From the NCBI GenBank assembly GCA_016234925.1, contig JACRNI010000033.1, positions 1-53,573 on the forward strand: a DNA stretch of 53,573 nucleotides. The letters run 5' to 3'. Source of the DNA: Deltaproteobacteria bacterium. Its GTDB lineage: Bacteria > Desulfobacterota > GWC2-55-46 > UBA9637 > GWC2-42-11. Positions 8,210 through 18,473 of the stretch are shown one piece after another; the stretch's first letter is position 1; every line of letters starts with the position of its first letter. Under the pieces are notes generated by a model. That model was given only the letters and a program-made list of their open reading frames with translations, made no database searches and was not told the DNA's origin. The position numbers and the translations under genes are program-made.

Positions 8210-8671
8210 TCAGTTCTCCTCAAACCAGTTTCTTTCTTCAACAAACGTCTTTGTTCTTTCAATAATTTCTAACAGATTATCGCTGTATTCAAGAACAGCC
8301 TGAAATATCTCTGATATGTCATTCATCTTGTATTCATGAGATATTTCATTTCTTAAGTCCCTTATCAATTTCAGATCGTCAGCGTCGGCTATGTTTAATT
8401 TTTCAAATAAATTTGCCCTATCTAAAAATGTTTTGGCATCTTCCCTTAAAATCAATGTTATCCCTTTCATTATTTTCTGTGTATAAATGTCGCTTGCTCT
8501 TGCAAATCTTGATGTGAGATTTTCAAAGATGTCAAGTTCTTCTAATGAATACGCTGCTTTAATGCCTGTTTCGCTGCATTTCCTTAATGAGTATTTCATT
8601 ATCTCTACAGTGCGATTCAGACTGTTAAAGCTTTCCTTTAACTCGGCTATCATTAATTTTTCTGCCTTCAT
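8210..8671 (-). CDS. HEPN / nucleotidyltransferase substrate-binding protein (HepT-like toxin)
   Basis: RF..ASD, RDLRNEISHEY (Rx4H HEPN motif); 4-bp overlap with upstream MNT gene. Confidence 0.8.
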   Translation of the reverse strand: MKAEKLMIAELKESFNSLNRTVEIMKYSLRKCSETGIKAAYSLEELDIFENLTSRFARASDIYTQKIMKGITLILREDAKTFLDRANLFEKLNIADADDLKLIRDLRNEISHEYKMNDISEIFQAVLEYSDNLLEIIERTKTFVEERNWFEEN

Positions 8672-8955
8672 AGCCTTATACCTCCCTCTAAAACTATTTG
8701 TTTAAAATGGCTGTCATCTTTAAACGAAAAGGTTATTATATCAATCTTTTGCTCGCCGTATTTCTGAAAATAACTCCATTTTATCACAGCCTTTTCCTTC
8801 CATGTCAGCCTTCTATCAGAAAGAACCATTATGTCTATATCGCCTCCTTTTTTGCTGTCATCCACACGAGAGCCAAAAAGATAAATCAGGGCGTCAGGCA
8901 ACAGGGCTAAAATCTCTTTTTTAAGTAAATTTTTTTGTTCAGTTGAAATTCTCAT
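8668..8955 (-). CDS. Minimal nucleotidyltransferase (MntA-like antitoxin)
   Basis: YLFGSRVDDSKKGGDIDI (GSx10DxD) motif, 95 aa. Confidence 0.85.
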   Translation of the reverse strand: MRISTEQKNLLKKEILALLPDALIYLFGSRVDDSKKGGDIDIMVLSDRRLTWKEKAVIKWSYFQKYGEQKIDIITFSFKDDSHFKQIVLEGGIRL

Positions 8956-9039
8956 TTGTCTTCGAAAAAGGGGACAGGCTGCTTTTCATTGGACAACTCT
9001 AAACCCCGTATAAAAATTAGGTTCTTTCGTAAAAAAGTA

Positions 9040-9104
9040 GCAGGGTGGGCTTTGCCCACCGATTCATCGCCGTCATTTTTTTTGGCGGGCACAGCCCGCC
9101 CTAC
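9040..9104. repeat. REP doublet
   Basis: gcagggtgggctttgcccacc ... ggcgggcacagcccgccctac. Confidence 0.75.
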
Positions 9105-9149
9105 TTGCTATTGTGTCAAGTTGTTAAAAATAGTGCTTTTTTTGCAACT

Positions 9150-9221
9150 TCAAGAGAAACTCTCCCTTGGTATTGCAGAAAATGCAAGGTTGCAGTGAAA
9201 AACAGAATAAAGATAAAACAA
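9150..9221 (-). pseudogene. Duplicated 5' end of the GH57-like gene
   Basis: RBS + TTG; MFYLYSVFHCNLAFSAIPRESFS* versus MFYLYTIFHCNLAFSAIPKEHFP at 7789. Confidence 0.85.
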
Positions 9222-9230
9222 ATTATCTCC

Positions 9231-10748
9231 TTATGGATAAATTTCTTTGATTTTAAGAAAATCGTATTTAACAAACATCTTCAAGGTTTCCCAGAGAACC
9301 TTGAAAAAGAGCGGTGGCTTCCTTTTCCAGACCCCTTTTATGTATCTTAAAATATGCTTTGGGTTAGCCTTTATCAAGTGGTGTGTGCGGTCAGCCTCAA
9401 GGATTACTTCAATATCCTCAGGCGTAAAGTCCTTTGTCGTTATATTTGGTTTTACAACCTCAACCCTGCTGTATGAAAAATTATCAACAAAAAGGTTATT
9501 TTTTTTGCATATATCAAACATCTCGGAACCGGGCAATGGCGTTGCAATGTAGATTTCGCGGCTGTCAAATAGTCCGCTGTAGTTAGCCATGTAAAGCGAC
9601 CTCTGTATATCTTTTTTCGTCTCGCCGGGGAACCCAATGACAAAGGTGCCTGTAAGATGTATGCCCTTTTGTTTTGCATATCTTAATAGTTCCATTGCCC
9701 TGTCCAGTTTGAGCGGTTTTTTTACAATATTTGTAAGCACCTCCTGAACGCCTGATTCCAATGCAAAACCCATGTGCGTGCATCCTATGTCATAGAGTTT
9801 GTCTATCAGTTCCTCATCCATACACCAAAGGGCAAGCACCTGAAAATATATCTCTATGCCGAAGTTATATTTTTTGAATTCATCGCAGAACTGTTTTGTC
9901 CTTTTTCTGTCATGCGTGAAGTTGTCATCTACAATCATAAGTTTACTTATATGATACTTATCCACGAGAAACCTTATCTCCTCAAACACCTTGTCAAGAT
10001 TTCTTGCCCTGAATTTCCTGCCCATAGTTTTATGCACAGAGCAGAATATGCATGTGCCTGCACACCCCCTGCTTGTAAGTATTGAAGGCATGGCCTCAGG
10101 TTTGCCCCATGTAACTGTGTGGGGTTTATATGTGCGGCTGTATTTCTCGTATGGGAACAGGTGCCATGCAGGCATAGGAAGGCTGTCTAAATCTTTTATA
10201 TACCCACCGGGCGGGTTTTTTATTAAACCGCTGTCTTTTCTCCAGACAAGGCCCGGCACAGACTCAAAACCAATGCCTTGGTCTATTTTATTTAGAAGCA
10301 TTGGAAATGTAAGTTCAGATTCGCCGACCATGACATAATCAACACATGGGTTTTCCATAACCTCCTCAGGCATTGAAGACGCATGGTTTCCTCCTACAAT
10401 AACCGCTGTCTTGGGGAAGAGTTCTTTTACAAGTTTTGCGGTCTCATTCATGCTTGCAACCATTACTGAGAAATTGCAGCTTATGCCAACACAGTCAGGA
10501 CGAAATTCTTGAATCCTTTTGCGAACATCATCCATCGGTATCCCAACATCCACATAGCCGTCTATCATATCAACATCCCTGTCAAGCCCCTCTGCATGGC
10601 AGTCTAATATCCTAACCTTGTAGCCTTTTTGTTCAAGCACAGAAGCAATATACATAATCCCAAGAGGCGGATATACTATCCTCTGTCCTGATGTCGCCAC
10701 CTTCATATTAGGCTGAATTAAAAGTATCCTTTCCATATTAACCCCCAA
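9231..10748 (-). CDS. Cobalamin-binding radical SAM protein (class B methyltransferase-like)
   Basis: PPLGIMYIAS B12-binding N-domain, IVGGNHAS, TSRGCAGTCIFC (CxxxCxxC), GFPGET; start may be 10736. Confidence 0.9.
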   Translation of the reverse strand: MGVNMERILLIQPNMKVATSGQRIVYPPLGIMYIASVLEQKGYKVRILDCHAEGLDRDVDMIDGYVDVGIPMDDVRKRIQEFRPDCVGISCNFSVMVASMNETAKLVKELFPKTAVIVGGNHASSMPEEVMENPCVDYVMVGESELTFPMLLNKIDQGIGFESVPGLVWRKDSGLIKNPPGGYIKDLDSLPMPAWHLFPYEKYSRTYKPHTVTWGKPEAMPSILTSRGCAGTCIFCSVHKTMGRKFRARNLDKVFEEIRFLVDKYHISKLMIVDDNFTHDRKRTKQFCDEFKKYNFGIEIYFQVLALWCMDEELIDKLYDIGCTHMGFALESGVQEVLTNIVKKPLKLDRAMELLRYAKQKGIHLTGTFVIGFPGETKKDIQRSLYMANYSGLFDSREIYIATPLPGSEMFDICKKNNLFVDNFSYSRVEVVKPNITTKDFTPEDIEVILEADRTHHLIKANPKHILRYIKGVWKRKPPLFFKVLWETLKMFVKYDFLKIKEIYP

Positions 10749-11964
10749 AATCCGACTTGATTGAAATGCTGCTCAATATCCTCTGCGCATTATCTATCGC
10801 CTCTTTCCTTGTCTTGCCTGTTGTCACAATCGTTCCTGCGCGGCATGGATGACTCACAATCTTTGGTATTGCATCCCCTGCCTTAACATATATATTTAAC
10901 ATCTCAAGATTTTTATCATTATATATTCTGGGGTCTGCCTTAACCTCTGTTAAAACCCCCGGTTCAGGAAAGATAAACCTCTGGCATACATGCTGTTTGA
11001 AACACGGGGCATATTTCTTAATATCAATCTTCTCGCCGAGCGCCATAAGTATTGCTGCCTCAACTATGTTTGAACCTGTGGAAAGCGGTATGGTGTGGGA
11101 GCAGAAGTAGCCGCCGCTCAATCTTAACGCAGCCTCTATAACAAGAGGACCGTTTGCCCCTATAACTATATCGCCTTTTATTGTCCAATTCTTCACAGAT
11201 AGACATCTCGCTACATTGGAAATCACCCTGTCAATAGCGTCTTTTTCATCTTGAGAAAGTTCAGCAGGAAGGTCTCCGCCATCTTCAATTACAAAAGGGG
11301 CAAACCTCTCAAGATACTGATAATTCCTGTCTGATAGACCGGGGGTAGTAACGTCATCTTCCGTAACAATAGATTCTGTGCTGATTTGCCTGCCCTCAAT
11401 CCACTGCTCAACCATGAGCCTTTTTGACGGCGAATGTTTTAATGACTCATTATATGCCCAGTCAGGGTCAATATTTTTAAGCAGCCTTATTACCCCCCTT
11501 GCCCCTCTGCTGTCAACAGGCTTTACAATAAGGTTTTTCTCTGTTTCTCTCAAAAGTTTATTTAGATGCTCTTCGTTGGAAATATTGGAAAACCACGGCA
11601 CAGGGATGCCGTGAGTTTTGAAAAACTCCTTCATTGCAAGTTTGTCTGTTGTAATGCGTGCGGATTCTAATGGTATGCCCGTAAGTCCCAATCCATTGCT
11701 TACATAAGAAACTGTATAAGGCACATCAGCAGCAGCAGCCATAACGCCGTGTATGGGATTTTTCTTATTGGACTCTATCGCCAGTTCAATTGTCCTTTCG
11801 TGGTCATATGTGCTTGCAATTATCCTTTCATCAGCAATCTCAAAACCCGGGGCAGAAGGGTTTCCATCTGAAACAACAACGCGAAGCCCCATATCCCTTG
11901 CCTGTTTTATTATTGGGACTGCCTCTATGCCGCCTGATATTATCAGCAGAGTCTTTTTACTCAC
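10738..11964 (-). CDS. ATP-grasp domain protein (amide ligase-like)
   Basis: DKLAMK, IVKPVDSRGARGV, MVEQWIEG, VIEAALRLSGG. Confidence 0.85.
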   Translation of the reverse strand: MSKKTLLIISGGIEAVPIIKQARDMGLRVVVSDGNPSAPGFEIADERIIASTYDHERTIELAIESNKKNPIHGVMAAAADVPYTVSYVSNGLGLTGIPLESARITTDKLAMKEFFKTHGIPVPWFSNISNEEHLNKLLRETEKNLIVKPVDSRGARGVIRLLKNIDPDWAYNESLKHSPSKRLMVEQWIEGRQISTESIVTEDDVTTPGLSDRNYQYLERFAPFVIEDGGDLPAELSQDEKDAIDRVISNVARCLSVKNWTIKGDIVIGANGPLVIEAALRLSGGYFCSHTIPLSTGSNIVEAAILMALGEKIDIKKYAPCFKQHVCQRFIFPEPGVLTEVKADPRIYNDKNLEMLNIYVKAGDAIPKIVSHPCRAGTIVTTGKTRKEAIDNAQRILSSISIKSDFGG

Positions 11965-12972
11965 GGATTTACCACAACCTTGACAGCGCCTGTCTTGCCT
12001 TTATTAAACCCAATCTCATAGCCTTTGTTTATGTCCTTTAGTTTTACCCTGTGCGTAATCAATTTATCAAACCCAATGTCTTTGCCGCTTAAAAATTTAA
12101 CAGCCTTTGCAAAGTCCTTTTTATTATACCTCTGAGAGCCTTTTACCTGTATCTCCCTTTCAGTTAGATATTTTAGGTTCATCTGAGGGGTTTTATAATG
12201 AACTCCTGTCAGGACAATAACCCCGCCCGGTTTTAGAATATCAATGGACTGGATTATTGAAGGACTTTCATATCCGCCGACTGTCTCAAAGACAATATCT
12301 GCCTTCTTGCCATTAAACATAGAAAGTATCTTCTGAACAATATCCGTTTCACCGCTGTTTAAAACATCCGCGCCCAATTCCTTTGCCAGCCTTTCCTGAT
12401 GCGGATATTTTGCTATAGCGACAATATATTCCGCGCCAATAGCATTTAAGGCGGCAACGGTCAAAAGTCCAATGGTTCCGCATCCGAACACTACAACCCT
12501 TTTCCCTCTGACCTCCCCGCCTATGTCAATGGCGTGAAGAACATCAGCAAGGGGTTCAATAAGCACTGCTGTGTCAAGGTCAACTGACGCAGGGAGTTCA
12601 AACACATTCTCTTTTGGCGCAATAACATATTCTGCAAAACCGCCGGGCAGATTAAAACTTATAAAGAGGCAGTTTGCGCAGATATTCTCAAGACCGCTTC
12701 TGCACTGCTCGCATTCGCCGCATGGTATAAGCGGCGCAACAGAAACACGCGTTCCTTTTTTTAAAACACCTTCTTCAACAATACCGCTTATCTCATGCCC
12801 CGGCCAGAACTTCGGTATGGGCGGATTTCTGCGGTAGATATTAAGGTCGCTTCCGCATATGCCGCATGCCTTAACCTTAACAAGAATATCGTTATCTTTA
12901 AGTTCCGGCTGCGGCACCTCTCTAATCTCAAGCCTGCCCGGTTCTGTAAAGACCGCTGCTTTCATCATCATC
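11961..12972 (-). CDS. Zn-dependent alcohol/sugar dehydrogenase (MDR)
   Basis: CGICGSD, GHE, CGECEQC...C, GCGTIG; start at MMMKAAV. Confidence 0.9.
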
Positions 12973-13651
12973 TGCCCTTTGTAAAACAAGTTCTTACTTT
13001 TTCCGGCATCTTTGCCCATTCATCCAAAAACCCTTTTAAGCCCAGTTCCGTGAGTTCGCTCCTCATCATCTGGTTCAATACATCAGGCGGGATTGTGGCG
13101 ATATCAGCGCCTGAAAGCGCTGCCTTTTTTACATAGATCGGGTTCCTCATGCTCGCTGCAATAATCTTTGTCTTATATCCGTAGTTTTTGTATATCCTCA
13201 CAATCTCGTCAATCAACCCTATCCCGTCTGTTGAAGTCGCATCCAGACGGCCTATGAACGGGCTGACATATGTCGCTCCTACCTTTGCAGCAACAAGAGC
13301 CTGATTTGCAGTATAAAGTATTGTAACATTTGTTTTGATGCCTTCCCTGCTCAAAACATCAGCAGCAGCGAAACCATCAGGCACTGCAGGGATCTTGACC
13401 ACAATATTTTTATGGAGTTTTGAAAGCATCCTTGCCTCTTTAACCATACCTTTTGTGTCTGTGCTTATTACCTCTGCGCTTATAGGCCCATTGACTATGC
13501 TGCATATCTCTTTTATAACACCTTTTAAATCTGCGCATCCTGTGCAATCCTTTGCAATAAGCGCAGGATTTGTTGTTACGCCCTGTATTATGCCCATACG
13601 TGCATATTTTTTTATTTCCTCAATATTTGCTGTATCAATAAAAAACTGCAT
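12968..13651 (-). CDS. Transaldolase / fructose-6-phosphate aldolase (TalC/Fsa type)
   Basis: [35 protein letters not shown]. Confidence 0.92.
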   Translation of the reverse strand: MQFFIDTANIEEIKKYARMGIIQGVTTNPALIAKDCTGCADLKGVIKEICSIVNGPISAEVISTDTKGMVKEARMLSKLHKNIVVKIPAVPDGFAAADVLSREGIKTNVTILYTANQALVAAKVGATYVSPFIGRLDATSTDGIGLIDEIVRIYKNYGYKTKIIAASMRNPIYVKKAALSGADIATIPPDVLNQMMRSELTELGLKGFLDEWAKMPEKVRTCFTKGR

Positions 13652-13671
13652 ATATTCCTCCTATTTGTTAG

Positions 13672-13798
13672 AGTTCACGCTCAAAAATCGCCCAGATGCA
13701 AGGCGGAGCAAGGCTTCAAGCGGAGGCATACTCTTTAGTATGTTGAGCGCAGAAGCCGCAGCGACAACGCCGCAGATGGGTATTTTTCAGCGTGAACT
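13672..13798. mobile_element. ~125-bp MITE-like palindromic element
   Basis: 17-bp terminal inverted repeats agttcacgctcaaaaat / atttttcagcgtgaact; core caaggcg..ggcatac-N-agtatgttgag..caacgc shared with 23278, 24204, 42831 and more loosely 45227; supplies the stop codon of the upstream ADH. Confidence 0.75.
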
Positions 13799-14896
13799 AA
13801 AAGTTATATAATATTTGCCGCCCTTTGCTGCTAATTCATTTATTGCTGTATTGACCTCATCCAATGGAAATGAACCTGAAGACATGCCTTCAAGGTTCAA
13901 TTCCCCTTTTCTGTAATAATCTAATATTTTCGGTATATCCCTCTGCGGATTTGATGAACCATAGAGAGAGCCAATGAGCCTCTTTTCCTGATGAAAATCT
14001 ATTGCCGGGACTTCAAATTTTGAGAGCGGGTGCGGTGAGCCTACCACAACCACAGTCCCACCCCTCCTTGTCATTTCAAAAGAATCCTTAACAGTATCCT
14101 GAACAGCAACGCAGTCAAATGTATAGTCAACGCCGAAATCATCAGTAAGTTTTTTGACTTCTTCAATGGGCATTTTTTCTTTGTTTGAAATAGTGTGCAT
14201 TGCCCCGCATTTTTTAGCAGCATTCCATTTTGCTTCATCAGGTTCAACAAGTATTATATTTGAGGCATTTCTAATCCGCAGAGCCTGTATTATAGACATA
14301 CCTATTGCGCCGCCTCCAATTACAAGGGCAGTCCCGCCCTCAGTAAATCCTGCTGTATTAAAGACAGCGCCCATCCCGCTTACAACAGAGCAGCCAAGTA
14401 TTGATGCAATTTGAGCAGGTATATCCCTGCCAATTGGCACACAGCCTGTTTCATACACAATTGTATATTCGCTGAATGATGAAACCAGATTAAAGTGATA
14501 GACCTCTTTATCGCCGTCTCTAAACCTTGTTGTCCAGTCAGGCAAAAGTCCCTTGCCCCTTGGCCATGCTATTGTATGGCACTGATGCGTAAGCCCTTTA
14601 TTGCAGAAAAAACAATTCCCGCAGTATGATGCCCAGCTGAGTATAACCCTGTCCCCTTTTTTTACTGTGGTCACACCCTGCCCAACATCTTCAATAATCC
14701 CTATGCCCTCGTGTCCAAGCACAAGCGGCATATTATATCTTGTATGCCCGTTTATGGCATTAAGGTCGCTCCTGCAAAGTCCTGCTGCCTCCATCTTAAT
14801 CAAGACCTCCCTCTCTTTTGGAGGCATGAGGGTTAATTCCTTTATCTTTAAAGGCGAATCCTTTGCCTCAAGCACAGCAGCCTTTGTCCTTATCAT
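13787..14896 (-). CDS. Zn-dependent alcohol dehydrogenase (class III-like MDR)
   Basis: GLCRSD, LGHEG, CGNCFFC...C, GCSVVSGMGAV, GGGAIG. Confidence 0.9.
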   Translation of the reverse strand: MIRTKAAVLEAKDSPLKIKELTLMPPKEREVLIKMEAAGLCRSDLNAINGHTRYNMPLVLGHEGIGIIEDVGQGVTTVKKGDRVILSWASYCGNCFFCNKGLTHQCHTIAWPRGKGLLPDWTTRFRDGDKEVYHFNLVSSFSEYTIVYETGCVPIGRDIPAQIASILGCSVVSGMGAVFNTAGFTEGGTALVIGGGAIGMSIIQALRIRNASNIILVEPDEAKWNAAKKCGAMHTISNKEKMPIEEVKKLTDDFGVDYTFDCVAVQDTVKDSFEMTRRGGTVVVVGSPHPLSKFEVPAIDFHQEKRLIGSLYGSSNPQRDIPKILDYYRKGELNLEGMSSGSFPLDEVNTAINELAAKGGKYYITFSSR

Positions 14897-16149
14897 AAAT
14901 CCTTCCTAACAATGATGTTATACGATGCGGCTGAAAAATATATATCTCTTTCTCTGGTCAGGCTGAAGTCCTCTATGCCCCACCTTGCCGCATTGTTAAG
15001 GACTTCTGCAACAGATTCAGCGCCCTTTTTTACAGCATTTTTAAGTTCTCTTTTTAACTCATAGCCCTTTGTATAAGTTGTATAACTCTTTTCTTCAAGT
15101 TTAAATCCTGTTTTTTTCAAAAGCGGAAGCATTGTCTTTTCGCCAAGCGCCTGAATATGCCACGGCCATATTGCCTCGCTCAAGAGTTTGTCTTCAGGCT
15201 CTCCCCATTTGTATTTCGGACACACAGTGTATGGATAATAATCCTGTTCAGGCGTTGTTATTATGAGAACTCCGTCGTCCTTTAAAAGCCTTTTAATCTC
15301 AAGAAGGATTTTTTCCGGCTCTTCAATATGCTCTATTACATCCATAAGAATAACTACATCCAAACTCTTATCTTCAAAATCCTGTTTATCAAGGTCTCCG
15401 GATAATACCTCAAGGTTTGGTCTTAAACTGCCCCAGAGTTTTTTGACAATCTCAACAACCTCCGGAGATTTATCTAAAAAAAACATTTTATCAGCGTATC
15501 TTGATACAAGAAAAGAACCGTAGCCCATGCCGCCGCCTATATCAAGAACTTTCTTTCCTTTTGAATACATTGAAGCAAGCGCATATTTGCAGAATATCTC
15601 TAGGTCGTGGCCAAAGCCTTCAATTATGCCTAGTGTAGGCCTTTCGCCTGAAACAGTAACTTCATCTGCCTTTGCCAAAAGCACTGGAACTATTTCATCC
15701 CTGGTCTTTATTACATCACTGAGTATGGGCTTCCACGGCAGGTATGAACTCTTATCATCTGTATCCAGATTAAATGTTTCCACTAACACATCTTCTTTTT
15801 TGTAAAGGGATGAGTTTATCCTCGTTGTCTTTTTTGCAACTGCTGAACCAAAGAGAAAGGCATTGGCGCCAAATGTATTCAAAGGGAAGTAAACCACATC
15901 ATAGGGGTCTTTCATCTTTTTATTTAGGAAATCCTTGGATTTAGGGTCTCTTATGCTTCCGTAATATTTTTCATCCAGTTCATATATGCGGTCAAAGGGG
16001 TAACTTTTAATAATTTTATCAAAACCATTTCTCTGCTTTTTAAGGATGAGGAGATCCGGCTTATCTACCAAACCTTTATCAAACAAATACTCGCAGAGAA
16101 GTCGCGCCACTGGATATGCCTCTGGAAGCATAATAAGTTTGCTGCTCAT
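14893..16149 (-). CDS. Class I SAM-dependent methyltransferase with N-terminal extension
   Basis: VLDIGGGMGYG, DVIEHI..P....EIKRLLKDDGVLIITTP. Confidence 0.85.
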   Translation of the reverse strand: MSSKLIMLPEAYPVARLLCEYLFDKGLVDKPDLLILKKQRNGFDKIIKSYPFDRIYELDEKYYGSIRDPKSKDFLNKKMKDPYDVVYFPLNTFGANAFLFGSAVAKKTTRINSSLYKKEDVLVETFNLDTDDKSSYLPWKPILSDVIKTRDEIVPVLLAKADEVTVSGERPTLGIIEGFGHDLEIFCKYALASMYSKGKKVLDIGGGMGYGSFLVSRYADKMFFLDKSPEVVEIVKKLWGSLRPNLEVLSGDLDKQDFEDKSLDVVILMDVIEHIEEPEKILLEIKRLLKDDGVLIITTPEQDYYPYTVCPKYKWGEPEDKLLSEAIWPWHIQALGEKTMLPLLKKTGFKLEEKSYTTYTKGYELKRELKNAVKKGAESVAEVLNNAARWGIEDFSLTRERDIYFSAASYNIIVRKDL

Positions 16150-16152
16150 TTT

Positions 16153-16332
16153 TTATCTTTCTCCCTTCTTTATACCGTATATAACCATTTCCCTGCCAAT
16201 GTCGTGTTTTGCCATAGTTTTATACATATCCATTTTAAAATCATTTAATATCGGCTCATTCAGTAATATATCCAGCCTCTTTCTCTTTGCATGGCACTCC
16301 CTGCCGAGTTTATCATTCCCAACATAGTTGTC
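16153..16332 (-). pseudogene. Duplicated 3' end of methyltransferase 18462-19430
   Basis: 16186-16332 matches 18549-18695 over 147 bp (DNYVGNDKLGRECHAKRKRLDI..NEPILNDFK.DMYKTMA). Confidence 0.9.
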
Positions 16333-16419
16333 TTGTTTCTGCATCACAAACCTATTTTTTCCCTTATCTTACCCAAAAAATCCTCTATATCGTTTAATCC
16401 TTTTTGCAGCAATCTCCTG

Positions 16420-16530
16420 CATGGCTCCCGCCTGCAAATAGCCATATCGCCTGTCCTAGACCGCTCCCGCCGCCTACGACCATAGCTATTTTTTTATCAA
16501 GATTGAATAATTCCTCCTGTATAAATACCA
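16420..16530 (-). pseudogene. N-terminal remnant of short-chain dehydrogenase (SDR)
   Basis: Reads ELFNLDKKIAMVVGGGSGLGQAI then GYLQAGA after a frameshift. Confidence 0.6.
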
Positions 16531-16546
16531 AACATATTATTGAAAG

Positions 16547-17743
16547 TTATACGCACAAAATCTCTTTCAGCAGCCGGTTGGCGCAAATAAGTTCTATATT
16601 GGGAAATTCAGGTTTCAGGTTATTATAGATTTCATCTTCAAATGCTTTGCTGGAGATTAAAACAGCATCCGGTTTCATTACCTTCAATTTAGACGACGGC
16701 AGGACATCCCGGTCAAATAAGGTTTTCCCATATTTCCTGACGTCATTATCAACAAAAGCCAGACAATTTTTAAAGTTATAGCCGAAAAACGAAGGCAGGA
16801 CAACAGTAGTATAAGTTCCAGCGCAATAAACAACTACCCGCTTATACTTATTAATCAGCGAACTAAAAACATTATTCAGTTTAAGTTTCATCTGCCTGTA
16901 TGAATCAATTGCCTCTTTTAATTGGTTAAGTCCTATTAAATCATCCAGCACATTGCCTCCTTCACGAGGCTGTTTAAATGCCAGCACCTTTATCACGGGG
17001 GCCGGCGGTTCAGTATCTATATATAAATCCCTCAAATGCAAACCCTCGGATTTTAAAAAACGTTGAAGCGTCAAAGGAACAAAATGATTGCAGTGATCTT
17101 CCGCAAGTATGTCAGACACATCCATATTCTTCAGGCGGGTATAAGATTCGGGGACTGAAACAGCCAAACATCCGCTATTATTCAACAAGGATGTTATCCT
17201 GCTCAAGACATAAACAGGATTTGGAATATGATCTAAAGTTACTTCAAGAAGGATCGCATCAAATTTCAAATCTCCAAAGTCAATGTCCTGAAATGAACCG
17301 CACCATATATGATGGCCTCTTTCCATGCCAATTTGCGGGCTGAGCGGCGAGATATCAACCCCGTAAGTTTTCCAGCCTCTTTTTTTAAAACTATCCAATG
17401 TTTCACATTTTCTACATCCTATATCAAGAATACTTTTGGGGGTTCTTGAAAAGATTTCATTTAACGAGTTAATAAAAAAATCATGGCGGGCTGGAAAATC
17501 TGGCACATCTGACAGTTCTGCAGGGGTCATGCCAAATGAGGCATACATTTTACTTAAATATTCTGGATTAAGATAACGAGACGCATAAATCAGTCCGCAA
17601 TCGGGACACAACACTTTTTTAATATCCACCTTGAAAAAATCATTTTCAAGAAACAGCGCTGCGCCTGAAAAATCTTCAACAATCTCCTGCCTTGAACTCC
17701 CGCATAAAAAACACTTCCTGTCAATTGATTGAACATCTTGCAT
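16547..17743 (-). CDS. SAM-dependent methyltransferase with N-terminal CxxC..CxxC (sugar C/O-methyltransferase-like)
   Basis: CFLCG..CPDCG, ILDIGC, LDHIPNP, EDHCNHF, C-terminal Rossmann-like VVYCAG..FVDND. Confidence 0.8.
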   Translation of the reverse strand: MQDVQSIDRKCFLCGSSRQEIVEDFSGAALFLENDFFKVDIKKVLCPDCGLIYASRYLNPEYLSKMYASFGMTPAELSDVPDFPARHDFFINSLNEIFSRTPKSILDIGCRKCETLDSFKKRGWKTYGVDISPLSPQIGMERGHHIWCGSFQDIDFGDLKFDAILLEVTLDHIPNPVYVLSRITSLLNNSGCLAVSVPESYTRLKNMDVSDILAEDHCNHFVPLTLQRFLKSEGLHLRDLYIDTEPPAPVIKVLAFKQPREGGNVLDDLIGLNQLKEAIDSYRQMKLKLNNVFSSLINKYKRVVVYCAGTYTTVVLPSFFGYNFKNCLAFVDNDVRKYGKTLFDRDVLPSSKLKVMKPDAVLISSKAFEDEIYNNLKPEFPNIELICANRLLKEILCV

Positions 17744-17760
17744 TGTTTTACACCTCCCAA

Positions 17761-17934
17761 TTATTTATATTTTATCTTTCTTCGCTGCGCAAGGTAAAAT
17801 ATCTCAGCCAGAACAATGGTGGGGATAATAAGTCTTGAACTTTTTGAATCAAGCATATTTAGAGCATTTCTGCCAAGTTCATTGCTCTCTTCAAAAAACC
17901 AGACAATTGCATGTGTATCAACGACATATACCAT
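17761..17934 (-). pseudogene. Truncated PIN-domain (VapC) toxin
   Basis: MVYVVDTHAIVWFF...LIIPTIVLAEIFYL then stop after 57 aa. Confidence 0.75.
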
Positions 17935-18129
17935 TTAGAATACCTTAATTTGTATTTCTGCCTCTTTAATTTCATCCATCGTAAAATGAACTTTACCCTT
18001 CCAGATGCCCTTCAAAGATGCAAATGTCTTTTCCACTTTTGCAGGATATTTAATTAATGTCCTTAACGCCTTTAATTCCTCCTCAAGACTTCTAACCTGC
18101 GCATTTATATTTTTAACATTTATGATCAT
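17935..18129 (-). CDS. Putative antitoxin
   Basis: 64 aa, GGAGGTG RBS, SLKGIWKG motif, abuts the PIN remnant. Confidence 0.65.
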   Translation of the reverse strand: MIINVKNINAQVRSLEEELKALRTLIKYPAKVEKTFASLKGIWKGKVHFTMDEIKEAEIQIKVF

Positions 18130-18221
18130 GCAACACCTCCCTATTATTTTAAGTTTAGTATAAATTAACGGGTATGGCAAATGGAAATTTTTATAGAAAC
18201 GAGATTGCTTCGCTTCGCTCT

Positions 18222-18340
18222 ATAACTCCTGCAGCGCCTGAATTTGAAAGTTTATTGGCGACTGTTACTGCGAGCTTTGGGTCATGCTGGTCATCTTCAA
18301 CAAAGAGTTCAATCTTTTTCCCAAGCACATCGCCCTTTTG
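18222..18340 (-). pseudogene. Fragment of branched-chain amino-acid ABC substrate-binding protein
   Basis: VLGKKIELFVEDDQHDPKLAVTVANKL...GAAGVI, bounded by REP-like sequence on both sides. Confidence 0.65.
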
Positions 18341-18367
18341 CTCCGAAAATATATCATTAACGGGGAG

Positions 18368-18473
18368 GTAGCCGCAGGCTTTATGCCTGCGCCAATCGCA
18401 CCCATAAAGGGTGCGGCTACCGATTTTCATCCCCCTTTGTGAGCCAAGGCTCGTGAGGGTTTCACCTGAAAAT
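18368..18473. repeat. REP doublet plus ~50-bp dispersed element
   Basis: gtagccgcaggctttatgcctgcg..cgcacccataaagggtgcggctac (18368-18420); attttcat.cccctttgtgag.caaggctcgtgagggttt...gaaaat (18423-18473) recurs at 31502-31552. Confidence 0.8.

Noticed and set aside
16344-16416. Possible C-terminal remnant of a DUF86/HepT toxin (LLQKGLNDIEDFLGKIREKIGL)
   Set aside because: Too short to assign without a profile search.
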